A stretch of 64,000 nucleotides of DNA from Mobula hypostoma (taxonomy: Eukaryota): contig NC_086097.1 in assembly GCF_963921235.1 (NCBI RefSeq), forward strand, positions 128,156,001 through 128,220,000. Direction: 5' to 3'. The notes below the pieces were generated by a model. The model made no database searches. It was not told the origin of the DNA and was given only the letters and a program-made list of their open reading frames with translations. Below are positions 35,256 through 48,854 of the stretch, piece by piece (position 1 is the first letter of the stretch; each line of letters opens with the position of its first letter). The position numbers and the translations under genes were made by a program.

Positions 35256-36310
35256 TCATTCTCAAGGATTAAATGGTCAATGTGGACTCTGGAATTTCTT
35301 GTCCAATTTTCACAAAATAGTTCCTACTTCATTTTTCTCTGATGACCCATTCCCAATCTCCGATCTGATTTATAACAATTATGACAGTGAGTGCAGGACA
35401 CCTGAGGAAACTATTACAGGCTCGGTCAAGCCTTACTAATACAGAAGGCAAAATAAAGATAGAAAACAGATTACACTGATTTTCATTTTTAACTTAGCGA
35501 TACAGCACAGTAACAGGCCTTAGTGATCCAACTAGCCCGCACCCCCCAAGTGCACCCATGTGACCAATTAATCTACTAAATCGGACATCTTTGGAATCTG
35601 CTGTTGTGGCAACCTATGAGGAAGATAGTTTTCCTAACACAACTGTAGGAAAATTTGCAACTGGAGTTCTTATTTTGAAGAAACAGTTCTCGTTTTCTGA
35701 ACTCTGTCACACAAGTTGGACCTTCTGTCTCTATGGCCTGCATCACGACATTTAATCTCTTTTAATCTCCTCCCACTTTTTCTTTCAAATTGGTTTGGAT
35801 GAGACTGAGCAACGTTCTGAATCTTTGATTTATTAATATTTTGATGGGAATATACTGTGTTGTACCACTCATTTTTAGGAGAAAGCAATACTGCTTATCT
35901 GATGCCATGTGCCTGCGATGCTGTTACAAGTAAGCTTTTCATTTCACAAAAAGTTGACAAGAAACTTGACTTTGACTTTGAAATGTTGTGTTGATGTTTC
36001 ATGGTGATGATTGATCAACTTCCAGTCCCTATGTCTTCAATGCCCCACTTTACTTGAAGGCTGACCTTGCTGCTTTCTTATTTGCACCAAGATGGCCAGG
36101 AGAAATAAAACAGGATTTTTTTCTATTGCTTCTCTTCAAGTCCTTCAAACTGAAGAGATCTAAACTGCAGACCATTGTCTGATGTGACTTCTTATAGATC
36201 ACAATTCTTTCATTGTGAATTATGTGCAATGCACCATCCAACATTTTTGTCACTGATGGTAGGAAATGGTTGCTAGTTATGCTGAGATGTTGTTTGTTCC
36301 TCTTTCAAAG

Positions 36311-36429
36311 TTATCAATATGGAGCTGCTGGAAAGGTTACAAAGGCACTTTCACACTTGGTGTGGTGCCTCACGTATTCGATATGTTATGCACCTCCTTG
36401 CCAAGTCTTATTATTGTTGTGTATGGCAG
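36311..36429 (+). other. Candidate 119-nt exon of an unidentified host transcript
   Basis: gtttgttcctctttcaaAG | ... GGCAG | GTTAGT; unique sequence, all three frames open. Confidence 0.3.
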
Positions 36430-36984
36430 GTTAGTAGGAAAACCTTACAGGCAGTGACTTCATCTTATCATATCCAAATGTTCCTCGTTGAATTCATTCA
36501 TGTCAATTTGTTTTGCAATCTCAGCAGTTACATGATCCAGTCTCTTCACCTCATAAAATCAAGTATAAGGACAATTCATAGTGTTTGTAATAAAACAATG
36601 TCATCTCTTCACTTGGACCTACTTTGCAGGATTCCATTCATTAATCTGAATTAAGATTTGAATGAAAATTCATGTTGATATTTTGATTATTGATGCTAAT
36701 TCTAACTGTCAATCATCCTGAGTGATGCATTTGCTTTGTACAGTGGTTTCCTGACATTGTTTATTCATCTCAGTGTTGTCTTAACCCTCCTTTTTGTTTA
36801 TTTTACTACAATTGCTTTGCTTTTGTTGGGATAATGTTTGAGATACTTGTATTCTGCTTAGTTTTGTACAAAGCAGCAATGTTTCCTCTGCTTTCCACTA
36901 TTATGTTTTGTTCTGACACATGTGCTGAGTAAATTACACCTAGCCTGGTCTTAATGCAGCAATCATTCATAATCAAATGAACAT

Positions 36985-38100
36985 AGGCCTTTGTCAAGGT
37001 GTCATACAGGAGGCTGCTTAACAAGGTAAGAGCCCATGGCACTACAGGAAAGATACTAGTATAGATAGAAGATTGGCTGACTGGCAGGAGGCAAGTGTGG
37101 GGATAAGCAGGGAATTCTTTGGTCGGCTGCCGGTGACTAATGATGTTCCACAGGGTTTGGTATTGGGACAGCTTCTCTTTATGCTATGTATCAATAATCT
37201 GGATGATGGATTTGATGGCTTTGCGGCCAAGTTTGCAGATAATACGTACGTAATTGGAGGGGCAGATAATATTGAGGAAGCAAAGAATCTGCAGAAGGAG
37301 TCATATCCAGAGAAATGTGTCAGACTATTTTCTAAATGTGGAGAAAAATCAGAAATCAAAGCTGTAAAGGGCCTTAAGAGTGCTCATGCAGGATTCTCTA
37401 AAGTTTAACTTACAGGTTGAGTCAGTGGTAATGAAAACAAATGCAAAGAAAGCATTCATTTTGAGAGGACTAGAATATAAAATCAAGACTGTAATATTGA
37501 GGCTTTATAAGACACTGTTCAGACTCCACTTGGAGCATTGTGAACAGTTTTGGGCCGCTTATCAAAGAAAAGATGTGCTGGCATTGGAGAGGGTCCAGAG
37601 GAGTTTCACAATAATGATTCCGACAATGAAAGGGTTAACATATGAGGAGCGTTTGATGGTTCTGGGCTTGTACTCACTGGACTTTAGAAGAATGGCGAAG
37701 GTGGGGGGGGGTGTCTCACTGACAGCTGTTGAACATCGATAGGTCTGGATACAGTGGATATGGCGAGGATGTTTCCTACAGCGGGTGAGTCAAGGACCAG
37801 AGAGCACAGCCTCAGAACAGAGGGACACCCATTTAGAACAGAGTTGAGGAGGAATTTCTTTAGCAGAGGATAGTGAATCTGTGGAATTCATTGCCATGGA
37901 CTGCTGTGGAGGCCAATTCATTGAGTAAGTTTAGAGCGGAGGTTGATAGGTTTGTGATTAGTCAGCATGTAGCGGGTTACAGGGAGAAAGCAGGAGAAAG
38001 GGAATGAGAAGAAGAATAAATCAGCCATGATAGAATGATGGTTCAAAGTCAAAGCGGCCGAATAGCCTAATTCTGCTCCTATGTCATATGGCCTGATGCT
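36985..38100 (+). mobile_element. CR1 RT/3' fragment
   Basis: DVPQGLVLG, KFADNT, LEHCEQFWA.Y.RKDVLALERVQRSFT, CR1 tail. Confidence 0.88.
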
Positions 38101-41100
38101 TTATGCTACTGTCTCCTTTACCACTGCCATGATGTGCGTTTGCAATATTGGAACCAAGTGTAGAGGAAAGACAGACTCTTGATGTAGATATAGTAACAAG
38201 GGTTTATTCATAATAATTCCAAAAGAATATTGATGGCTTGACATAGTGACACTGTGAAAAGTAACATTCTCAAAATTAGGACCCTGTGATTAGTGCTAAT
38301 TGAGCATCCATTTAACCATATAACAATTACAGTACGGAAAGAGGCCATCTCAGCCCTTCTAGTCCATGTCTGTGTTACTTATATTAAATAATATGAGTAA
38401 CACAGAATCCCTGAGCCTATCAAAATAAATTCAACAAGCTTAAGCAGAAAGCGCCAGGAGACCATGTTACAAAAAGCGAGCCGCTTGAGAAAAACACAAG
38501 GAGATCTAAGTAATTAAGACGGTTATTGAACAACAATTAACCAATTCAGGTGCTCTAAAAACCTCGGAGCCCAAAGTTCTCTGGCATCCCGCACAGGTCC
38601 AAAGAACTCATTACAACCACAAATAATGAAATGAGAGATTCCATATACTTCAGAATAACCTATTCAACCACACACATTCAAGGGTTTGCTTTCATAAAAG
38701 ACCAAGGACTCACTTTTATTTTATCTGTTAGCAAAATATATCACTTTAAAGTTCACCTGCCAAATTTTGTCCACTTCAGCAACACATGTACTCCTGTTGT
38801 GTACTCCCATCTATTTCAATCCTCAGGATAACTCCATGTTCTGTGACTAACCATTGCTGACACACAATTCTTTCTCATTAAACCATGAGGTACTGAGACA
38901 GTGAAGCAAAACAAGCTGGAAGCATCACATCAGACAGGACCACTGGAGGGAGAAACAGTGTCTTAGCTCACTGAACTATCAACAGAACGGCTCAGCCATA
39001 GACCAAGAACAAAATGATTTTGATTCATATTTACAATCCTGCATTCTAATTATACCAAGCAGATTAGTATGCGCACACGAAACCTTTGTTAATAATTCTG
39101 GATATAATACAAGCATCCACAACTTAAACATTGTAAGTAATGTTTAAGTTGCCAGAGAGAAGGGGACACTCTTTATGGTCCCTGACTGCTCTTTGGCTCC
39201 ATAAGTCATGCCATCAACCACAAACTGCTCACAGGCCACTTGGGGCTGAGCTCTTTTTCTCCTGTCCTTTCAGTTCACTCAACAACTGTGGAGATATTCT
39301 CTCTGACTGATCAGAAGTGAATTAGCAGAAGCCAGAACATGGCTCCTCAGCCTTGACTGGTCATGCCATGGACAGAAGTGCCTGCTTGGACTTTCTACTC
39401 TCCATCCAGGCATTCCATTCTACTGATGTTGGTGCAACAGTACTTTCGAAACAGAGTTCAAAACATTGTCAATAGAGCAGATTTGTATTCAATGCAAACC
39501 ATCATTTTTTTTCTACTGCAAGGTAGTCAATTTTTTATTTTCAAAAATTAAAAAAAAGGCCTCAAGTAATCTCCAACTGGCAAACTTGGTAATATTCGTG
39601 GAAAGAATTGAAATTGGCAATCCTGTTAAATAACTGAGGAATTAAGTATCCCAAAAGCTTGGAAGTCGTGCTGTTATATTTTAAAAGATAACGTCAAAAC
39701 AGGTTTCTTCTCTCAAATTGAGGTTTAGTTTAGACTGCAGTTGGTGTGAATGTGAATGCACCTTAGTTGTGATTATTTTTGTGGAAATCTGCAGGCTTTA
39801 GCTGCTACTAAGAAGTAATGAATGACCCTCAGAGATCTTGTGAGAGGGGAGGTGACTGTAGCTTTGTAGGGGAAAAAGACCACGCTGAATTAATATTCAG
39901 CCCTGACCTACACGTCACCCACATTTTATTGAATGGGTGACTAGGATTTGAAAACAGGGACTGTTACCAAATACTGCTTCAGTGGAGGACTGGAAATATA
40001 ATGGTACAGTTAAACTGAAATTGGAGAAGAGGGGAATAAAGAATTGATGTAATCAAACACGCTGTTGTTCCCAGAACTTCGACGAAGTTTCTAAATGAAG
40101 GTTTATGACTTGCTCATTTATTAGTTGAATGGTCTTGCTTCTTTGCTGCCATGTGTTGCAGTTGTTGACTAATTTTCCTGGCCAGATGCCCAAAAGAAAA
40201 TTAAAACACTGCTATCTACTAGCATTGTATTGTGTCCTTCTTGGCCCAAATAGTAGCAATGGTTGCACCTTAGAAAGACTAGTCTGCTAGTGAATGTGTC
40301 GGTGCCAACATTGGAACTTGCTTATTTGTTCTTTATCAGGGCTTGGATTATTATGGAACTGTGGGGACTCAGTATGTTTTCTTGGTATTCCTTCCCAATC
40401 ACTTGGTAACTGTCTGTGGGGCTGGAATGCTGGAATGCAGCAGGTGAGAAGGCATTTGTGGAAAGGGAAAGTTTTCAGGCCCAGGACCCTTCAACAAAAA
40501 TTTTAGGTGACTAGGTGAGAGAAAAATATGACAATAGGGTGAGACCAGGTAACTTAATGTGGCTGTTAGGCAGTTGAAATCTGTTTTGACTTTCTTTTAC
40601 CCTGTTTAGATATGAATCAGGTTTCAGAATCAGATTTATTATTACTGACATCTGGTGTGATATCTTGCAGCAGTGCTTGTTTAGGTATTCACTGTAGACT
40701 AGTCCCTGAAAGAAGAAAATTGTGGGTTTAAGCTACCTTCCCAAACATGCAGCTGATCTAAAAGCAACATCTGAGAGCTGTGGCGCAGTGATCCTGCAAA
40801 TTTATAGTTTAACCTGCTACTCGGGAAAATGTAAAGCACATAGTTGGTATTTGGAGCGAGATGCTTCATTACATTGGCTATATGATAATGAAATGGGCCA
40901 TTTGGCCCAGCCTCTCTATGCTGCTCTTTATGCTCAACTCAAGAAAATTCTTAAATCTCTCTCATACTAACCTATCATTGCAAATTTCTATTCGTTCTCC
41001 CTCAAATACTTGTCCAAGCTCCCCTTCAGAATGTCTAAACTATCCATGTGATATTCATTTCATATTTTCCGCAGGCTCTGGATAAAGAAATGTCTTCTTG

Positions 41101-42667
41101 AATTCCTTGTTGGATTTCCTAACATGTACGTCTGGCTATACCCTTCCCCAAGAATCTCTCTGCATCCACTCAATAGCATCCTTCATTTCCACTAAGTCAC
41201 TGATCAAACCTTTCCTCCACAGGAGGCAAGAGGCTCAGTGACTTGGCCATCAATCTTTCTGTGGTCTAACCCCACCTAAAATCAAATTATTACCTTATAT
41301 TGTGATCTTGCTTTGAACGAAATGAACACTCTATTTTTCTTTCACATTATCAAAGAGGCACAGCTTGCAAAAAAGTAATTCATTGTATGACCTGCCAACA
41401 ATAACAACTAAATGAAGATCTGCTATCCTGCTGCTAAATAGATTCCAGGGGATCCCGTGATAATTGATGGGCTGGATTACTCGAGACCTGGGCAATGTCT
41501 GTGGTCCCTGTACTCTTGTGTTTATTTGGACTGGATGCATAGGGAAAATCAAGCTGGCCCTCCCCTCCCTGCAGAAGATCAAGGCCTCAGTGGTAAGCAG
41601 TCTGCAAGAAGCATGGAGAATAGGAACATCCTTCAAATTGCCCTTTGGCAATGGTTCTTTATCTCTTGTCAAATCCTGCAAAATTATTTTAGGTTTTTAA
41701 ATATCTCTGCCTTTGTGATACATAATAACTCCTGAGATTAATGTGTTTTAAAAATGGTATTTACTTTCATAATGAAGAAGAAATAAGGTTCATTTAAAAA
41801 TTAAACACATAGAAACTGCTAGGTAGATTAAAGTAAAAGTGCTAACCTTCCCCACTTCACAGGACATGATCCCCATTACATAAGGGAAGCTCTGAAATGA
41901 CTTCTGGTCTGAAACAGGACTAGAGAGATGTTCTTCTGAATAATGTGGAGATCCCAGCAAGACCCATCCACCTCTGGACAGATATATCCGACTACTCTTA
42001 AGTCAGTAATCAAACATCTATGCCTTGATTGGAATTATTAGAGTTAATGAGCTAGTTAGAATGATAAAAAAAACAAGTCTTCTAGGGTGTTAATGAAATC
42101 AGAAATAGATACATAGCACAGATCAATATGTGGATAAGGAGATGGTGCAGAATGGAGAGTTTCAGAATAATGGATCATTGAGCTCCCTTCTAGGATAAGT
42201 GGGATCTGTACAGCCAAGACAGATTGGTTCTGAACTGAAAAGGAACTAATATCCTCACCAAAATGTGCTACTCGGGAAGGTTTAAACTTGAGTGGCAGGA
42301 GGAAGGGAACCACAGCACCTGTGCAATAGAGGGAAGGATTGAAGGTACGAAAGATGAAGAAGAAAGAATGAAAGGGTAAATAAAGTCAGACCGAAAGGAC
42401 AGCAATGGATAAAAAAATAAGCAGGTTGAGACTAATGGGCTGAAATGAGTTTACTTTAACACTTAGAGTATTATAAGCAAGGAGGATGAGCTTACAGCCT
42501 GGATCAGCACATAAAATTATGATATTGTTGCCATTACAGATTACAGAGATCTGGCTGAGTGAGGTACAGGATTGGCAGTTCAATGTACCTGGGTTTCATT
42601 GTAATGGGTGTGGGTATAAAAGAATTGAACTATTGATAAGGGAGCAGTACTCAAGGAGACACTAGGG

Positions 42668-43429
42668 CAGGGGTCCCCAACCTTTTTTGCACCGCGGACC
42701 GGTTTAATATTGACAATATTCTTGCGGACCGGCCGACTTGGGGGGGGGGGTGTTCAAGTAGGGTTAAACTCACCTCAACATTTCTTTTACAGTTAGGGTT
42801 GCCAATTTTATCACTCCCAAATAAGGGACAAAGGTAGCAGTCAAATACGGGACACTTGTGTTTACCCCAAGAAAGTCTATCATGACCATGAAGCCTTGTG
42901 CGGGCACCTGTGTGCGCATGCGTGACGTGCGCACACGTGTACGTGCTGATTTTTTTCCACAAATTGGTTTCGGCTTAATCTTCCCAACTATACTGTACAT
43001 ACATTATTTCTACTTCATATAGGCTGTGTATTTATCATATCATTCCTGCTTTTACTATATGTTAGTGTTATTTTAGGTTTTATGTGTTATTTGATATGAT
43101 TTGGTAGGTTATTTTTTGGGTCTGGGAACGCTCAGAATTTTTTCCCATATAAATTAATGGTAATTGCTTCTTTGCTTTACACCATTTTGGCACAAAAGGT
43201 TTCATAGGAATGCTCTAACTCAGCAGGGGAAATACGGGCCAAGAGTGGTCCCGTATGGGACAAACCAATTTAGCCCAATATATGGGATGTCCTGGCAAAT
43301 ACAGGACAGTTGGCAACCCTATGTTCAAGTTCAACAGTGCGTGACAGGGAATGAGGAAAGGTGCAGCTGACATATATCGTTTCCTTGCGACCCGGTACTG
43401 GTCTGCGGCCCGGTGGTTGGGGTCCGCTG
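42668..43429. mobile_element. Non-autonomous hAT (Charlie/Buster-like) transposon
   Basis: TIRs CAGGGGTCCCCAACC / GGTTGGGGTCCGCTG; 8-bp TSD CACTAGGG (42660-42667) / CACTAGAG (43430-43437). Confidence 0.85.
42759..43321. mobile_element. Second non-autonomous hAT nested in the first
   Basis: Termini TAGGGTT...AACCCTA; perfect 8-bp TSD TGTTCAAG (42751-42758, 43322-43329). Confidence 0.8.
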
Positions 43430-44797
43430 CACTAGAGGATTTCTCCATAGAGGCAGTTTGAGTGGAGTTCTGAAATAATAATGGTTAATTATACTGATGG
43501 ACATACTATAGGATCCCTAAGAGCACCAAGAGATAGAGAAATAGCTCCATGTAGGCAGATTATGTAGAGGTGCAGAAATTACAGTGTTGTTATAATGGGG
43601 AACTATAACTTTCCCTGTATTGATTGAAAGTTCCTTCCTATTAGAAACTTAGATGGGGTGGGATTTCTTCAGTGCATCCAAGAGGTATTATTGAAACACC
43701 TTGCAGAGAGTTCAACTAGATGAGAAAACTTACTGGACCTACCTAGTTTTGGAATATGAACCAGACCAGGTGACAAATCTGACAGTTGGTGAATATTTAG
43801 GGAATAGCGACCACAACTCATTTTGCTTTAAGGTAAGATAAAATTGGATCTTGTGAGAAGGTACTAAATTGGGCAGAGAGCAAATTATGACAAGGTAAGA
43901 CATGAAGTTGGGGTAAGTTGGGAGTTGCTGCTATCAGACTAGTGCATATTTGATATTTGGGAGTTGTTGAGAGGCAAGCTGACAGAGTTTAGGATTAATG
44001 TGTTCTGGTAAGGAGTAAGGGGAAGGATGGTAAGCTAATGGAATCTTGGATGACCTAAGAAGTCCCAAATTTAGTCGGGAAGAAAAATGGAAGCATATAT
44101 AAGGTTTAGGGTGTTAAAATCAGACTGAGCCTTTGTAGAATATAAAGAAAACAGGAAAGTGCTCTAGCTTTGCTCAAAAGGTCGAAAGGGGTCACAAGAT
44201 ATCCTTGGTGAATAGGATTAAGGGGAATTCCAAAACATTTTATATTTACGTTAACAATAAGAGAAATATTAAGGAGAGGGTAGGACACATATTCAGTATG
44301 ATCCACAGGAAGGTTATTAAGAAAATTTGACAATAAATCAAATAAAGAAAATTTGAACTGATGCTTGATTAGTGAGGTCATTTTTAAAGAATGTTTTACA
44401 TGTGTTCTAGAGGTGAAAGGAGAGAAGGGCAGATTAGTTTAGGGAAAGAATTGCAGAGCGCAGGATCTCATTCAATGAAAACATGATACTAAAAAAATGC
44501 AGAGAGCTGTAGTTTATCTGCTTCCAAATATTTGTCGGCATTTGGACCACACCACCAAGTTCAAGAATAGTTCTGCTCTGAAAATCATTAGGTTTTTGAA
44601 TTGACCTGCTCAACCATAATCCTACCTCAGCAATAGATCACTTCTTTGACAGCCATGGGCTTACTTCTGATTTGGTGTTCTTCTTGCACTAATTTCTCGT
44701 TTTTGTACAGTCTTTTGTTTTGTCTTCATTGTTTTATATAATTTATATTCTGCGTGTTGTCTAAACCTACATGTCTGTGATACTGCCATAAGCATTT

Positions 44798-44900
44798 CAA
44801 TAGACAATAGACAATAAATGCAGGAGTAGGCCATTCAGCCCTTCGAGCCAGCACTGCCATTCACTGTGATCATGGCTGATCATCCACAATCAGTACCCTT
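44798..44900 (-). mobile_element. CR1 3'-UTR fragment, same subfamily as 21122 and 31320
   Basis: CAATAGACAATAGACAATA..GGAGTAGGCCATTCAGCCCTTCGAGCC..GATCATGGCTGATCATCC. Confidence 0.75.
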
Positions 44901-45355
44901 TTCATGGTACTATACTTCATTGTGCTTGTGCACGAAGATAAATAGATTTGACTATGGTTTCCATTTGCACTTGAATTGCTGTCAGAGATATGAGTCTTAC
45001 ACTTGCTTGTGTAGTAGGGTTTGTCTCACATCACAACCACACTGACACATTGAAGAATGGAGATTGGATAGTAAGAGATTGGAACAGTAGTTTTTTGTTT
45101 AAACTTGGCACAATGTGATTTGAGTTACGTCCTTCCCTCTTGAGTGCATATTTAAGCAATCCTTCACTGACAGTACAGGGCTATTCAAGGAGTTATGCAG
45201 CATGGAGACAGGCCCTTCAGCCCACTGACTCTGTACTAGCCATCAAATCCCAAATGTACTCAATGTTGACCTTGTAGGAGTGTCGGCAAAAATCAACATG
45301 AGTATAATTACTTCTAACGTACACTTTATTTCCTCAGCAAACAAATGGCAATGTC

Positions 45356-45376
45356 ATGTGTGTATATACATATACG

Positions 45377-45432
<56 letters not shown>

Positions 45433-45469
45433 TATGTATGTATGTGTGTGTGTATATATATATATATAT
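45356..45469. repeat. Compound (TA)/(TG)/(TATG) microsatellite
   Basis: Directly visible. Confidence 0.95.
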
Positions 45470-47314
45470 CAAAATGTAATAATATACAATGTAACATGTA
45501 GCATGCATGGCGAACTTAAACCTTAACAGTCATTGTGAATTCTGCCTAATGAAATTAAGGAGTCGTTACAACCCATGTCTTTAGGACGCAGCTTGGAAAT
45601 ACTATGGGGTGCAGAATCTACAAGTGCCCTCACTTCATAGAAAACATACAAGTGTAATTCTTAAATATTCTTAAACCCTTTGGGCCTTTCTTTAAAGATA
45701 TCTATAGGGGGATGAATGTAGTGGCGGGGGCAAGAGTGCTGCAGTAGGATCAAGAGAGAAACATGCAGAAATACCCCGTTCTCATTTGGCTGAAGTTCCC
45801 TCCCAAGCACTGATTTGTATGTATGGGTTGTGAATAAGTCAAACATTTGTAACCTGGGGAATACTTGTATACTGATTTAATTGTAGTTAACAGCACATCA
45901 AGACTGACTTTGGAAATCTATCATGGGATCTGATTTCCGAGGAAAAGATTTATGTGCATGGAACTATCCTTAGTTAATTGCAAGCTATTGTATTGGAACA
46001 ATCCTTTATTTAATCCTGTTCTATAAAGCTTCTGCTGTGGCCTGTAAGGCGCCAAGTTAATATATATTACTGAGCTTCATTTGCTGATCTTTAACACAAA
46101 TAAATGGGTTAATAATGTTTATAAAATAGCTTGCTCTGAAACTTGCTTCACATTTATATGACTGCTATAAAAATACTAATTATACATAATCAACCCCTAA
46201 TTAATGATGTGATCCATGTTATTTTCATTGTTTCTTGTGACTTATACTCTATAGTCTACTGGCTGCAGCAAACACTAATGTTGGTTTAAAACTGTCATCC
46301 GTTAAAGATGATTGAAGCAACACATAGTAAAAGCTAATTTTATGATCTGAATGGCTGACCAATCCTCAACATAAGGAAACCACCAATAATTTTCCTTCAG
46401 GATAACAACAGCTATATGTTAAAATAATCGTCATTGGCTGCAAAGCCCTTAGCAAAATTCTGAAAAGGATGAGAAAGTTCTTATAGAAATGTAAGATTTT
46501 GCTAAAATCTGTATGGGTTCAGGAAATATGTTCTAATCTTGAGAATGACTACAGTGTAGAATTAACTGCCACAAGTGTGGTTGAAGCAGGTAGCACGGCT
46601 GTGTTTATAAAGAGTCAGGAAATGCGAGAGCAGGAGAAAGCAAATCGAAGCTTGTGGTTTTAGTTATTTGGATGGGAGGAACATCATATGAGCCTGACAG
46701 CTTAGAGCCATGAAGCAATACAGCAAGGAAACAGGTCCTTCGCCCCACGGAGTCTGCACCAACCATCGACCACCCATTGACACTAATCTCGATGTGGTCT
46801 TTACACGTTGTTGTCCACCTGCTCTGTAATTGTAATTGTAACACCATATTCAGCATTCTGCTATTACTTTTCCCTTGTGGTACTGCAATGCATAATGTTT
46901 AGAATAATCTGTACAGGTGGGAGCCGGTCATCACTGTATCTCAGTCAATGTGAACCCAGTGTCAATTCCTACATTAATCACATTTTTATTCTCCCCACAA
47001 GCTTATTAAATCCCCAGATTCTACCACACACCCACACATTAAAGCAGCTTACAGTGGGCTGTTAACCTGCAAACCCGCATGTCTTTGGGATGTCGGAGGA
47101 AGTGGGAGCACTGAATGGAAACATATACCTTCACAGGGAAAAATGTGCAAATTCCAGCACTTGAGGTCAGGATTGTTAAAGTTCCGGTAAAATACTGGTC
47201 TGTGTTCCTCTTCAATGTGCTCAAATGTGTCATTTGCTCCCCCAAACCTCCTCAATGCACAAACATTAACCACTCTTCTAGTTCAATACTAAAATCCTCA
47301 GAACGTGGGCGGAC

Positions 47315-47570
47315 TTAAGGAGGAATTTCTTTAGCCAGAGAGTGCTGAATCTGTGGAATTTGTTACCACAGGCATCTGTGGAGGCTTAGTCATTGGGTAT
47401 ACTTAAATCAGAGGTTGACAGATTCTTGATTAGTCATGGCATGAAAGGGTACATAAAGAAGGCAGCAGATTGGAGCTGAGAGGGAAATGGGTCAGTCATG
47501 ATGAAATGGTGGGGCAGACTTGATGGGCCAACTGGCCTAATTCTGCTCCTAGATCTTATGGTCTTATGGG
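47315..47570 (+). mobile_element. CR1 3' fragment
   Basis: AGGAGGAATTTCTTTAGCCAGAGAGTG..GAATCTGTGGAA; tail TCTTATGGTCTTATGG. Confidence 0.8.
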
Positions 47571-48854
47571 CTTTCTGTTTCACATTTGGGGCAATGAAAA
47601 TGAGAGGAACGTTGACAGTTTATATTTGGAATGCTTCTTTCCAGTTAGCTTTTTCATTTCTGGTGTAAGTATGTCACAAGCTCTGGATCGCTGGATGATA
47701 CTTTGGGTATGCATGGTTATGTGGAGATTCTCTTGATGTTCCTGCCCCATTTTGAAATACTAGCACCATGCAACGTGAGTTAACCCAGTAATTGCAAAAC
47801 ACAATTACATGCCTCCCTTATTTTCCACATGATATTTTCTCTGAGATCACGTGTATCTGGGTCACGTATACTACATGTGACAGCTGTCACAATCAATTCG
47901 CTATTCTATCCAAAGACATCGGAAGATAAGGGTTTTTGGTCCAGAAACTTGAGCTGATAGACCTTATCTAGCTGTGATCAGATCTTTAATGTCATCTTAC
48001 CTTAGACATCACAGGTGTGGAATACAAAAGCCGGCTCATTTACTACAAACCAACACTGAAGAGGTGTATTCTTAGTTATACAGACTATGACTTTTGGAAA
48101 TGTTTTATTTTGTTTATTCTTTTCTTATATTCACAAGTTCCTAATTTTAAGCGATGGCCTTTTCTTCAGAAAGCCTATTTTCTATTAATTGAATATTTGT
48201 TGCAATAATTATTGCTTTCTCACTTGGAAATGTATTAGAAGTATTGTTAAAGGGAGAGCAACACACTATAAATTCTCCAGTGTCCTAAGGCATCCTTGGC
48301 AGCTGCTTAATGATACATGTATCATTATATTGTGGTGTAGTTGGAGGGCAAAACAGACTTGATTACACTACAGACAATTGTTTTGCAATAATACCAAACC
48401 ATTTTTCATTATGTTTCTTTCAGCGATGGAAGGACACTGGTAATATTTTATCTTCTACCTTAGGAGAAACATCATACAATTAAAATGGGGAAGTTTTTTT
48501 TTCCGTTTATGAGATTTAAATGTATTTTTTAATATATTTTTTCTATTTTATTGAAATCTTAAAGTGACAACACTCTATTTTTTGGTTCATGATTAGTAAC
48601 ACTCTGGTACCCTTGGAAGCTACTCAGTAGAATTAGGGATTGATTCTGCATAGGGGAATCCAAGACTAAAGGTGGATAATTACTGGATGGATGAAGTCAT
48701 CATGAAGGTCTAAGAACTTTCTCAGCTTTTAACAGATAAGGAAGAAGAAGCATTGACCAATGATCATCCAGTGCCATCCATATTTAAAATCTGTGGGTCA
48801 AATGCTCCAAACAAAATATTCCCCAGACTTTATTGCAAAGATATTTGAGCAAAT

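Larger units (their letters stand above)
42130..44300 (+). mobile_element. Old CR1 5' part (ORF1 esterase end and ORF2 APE), interrupted by hAT elements
   Basis: TGGGATCTGTAC..GAACT..GGAACTAATATCCTC (WDLY..L.LN..GTNIL-like), GATATTGTTGCCATTACAGA (DIVAITE), GGGAACTATAACTTTCC (GDFNFP-like), AGCGACCAC (SDH). Confidence 0.75.

Noticed and set aside
35670..36253. Basic, protein-like minus-strand ORFs (72 and 67 aa)
   Set aside because: No recognisable homology or convincing splice boundaries; lengths are within chance expectation
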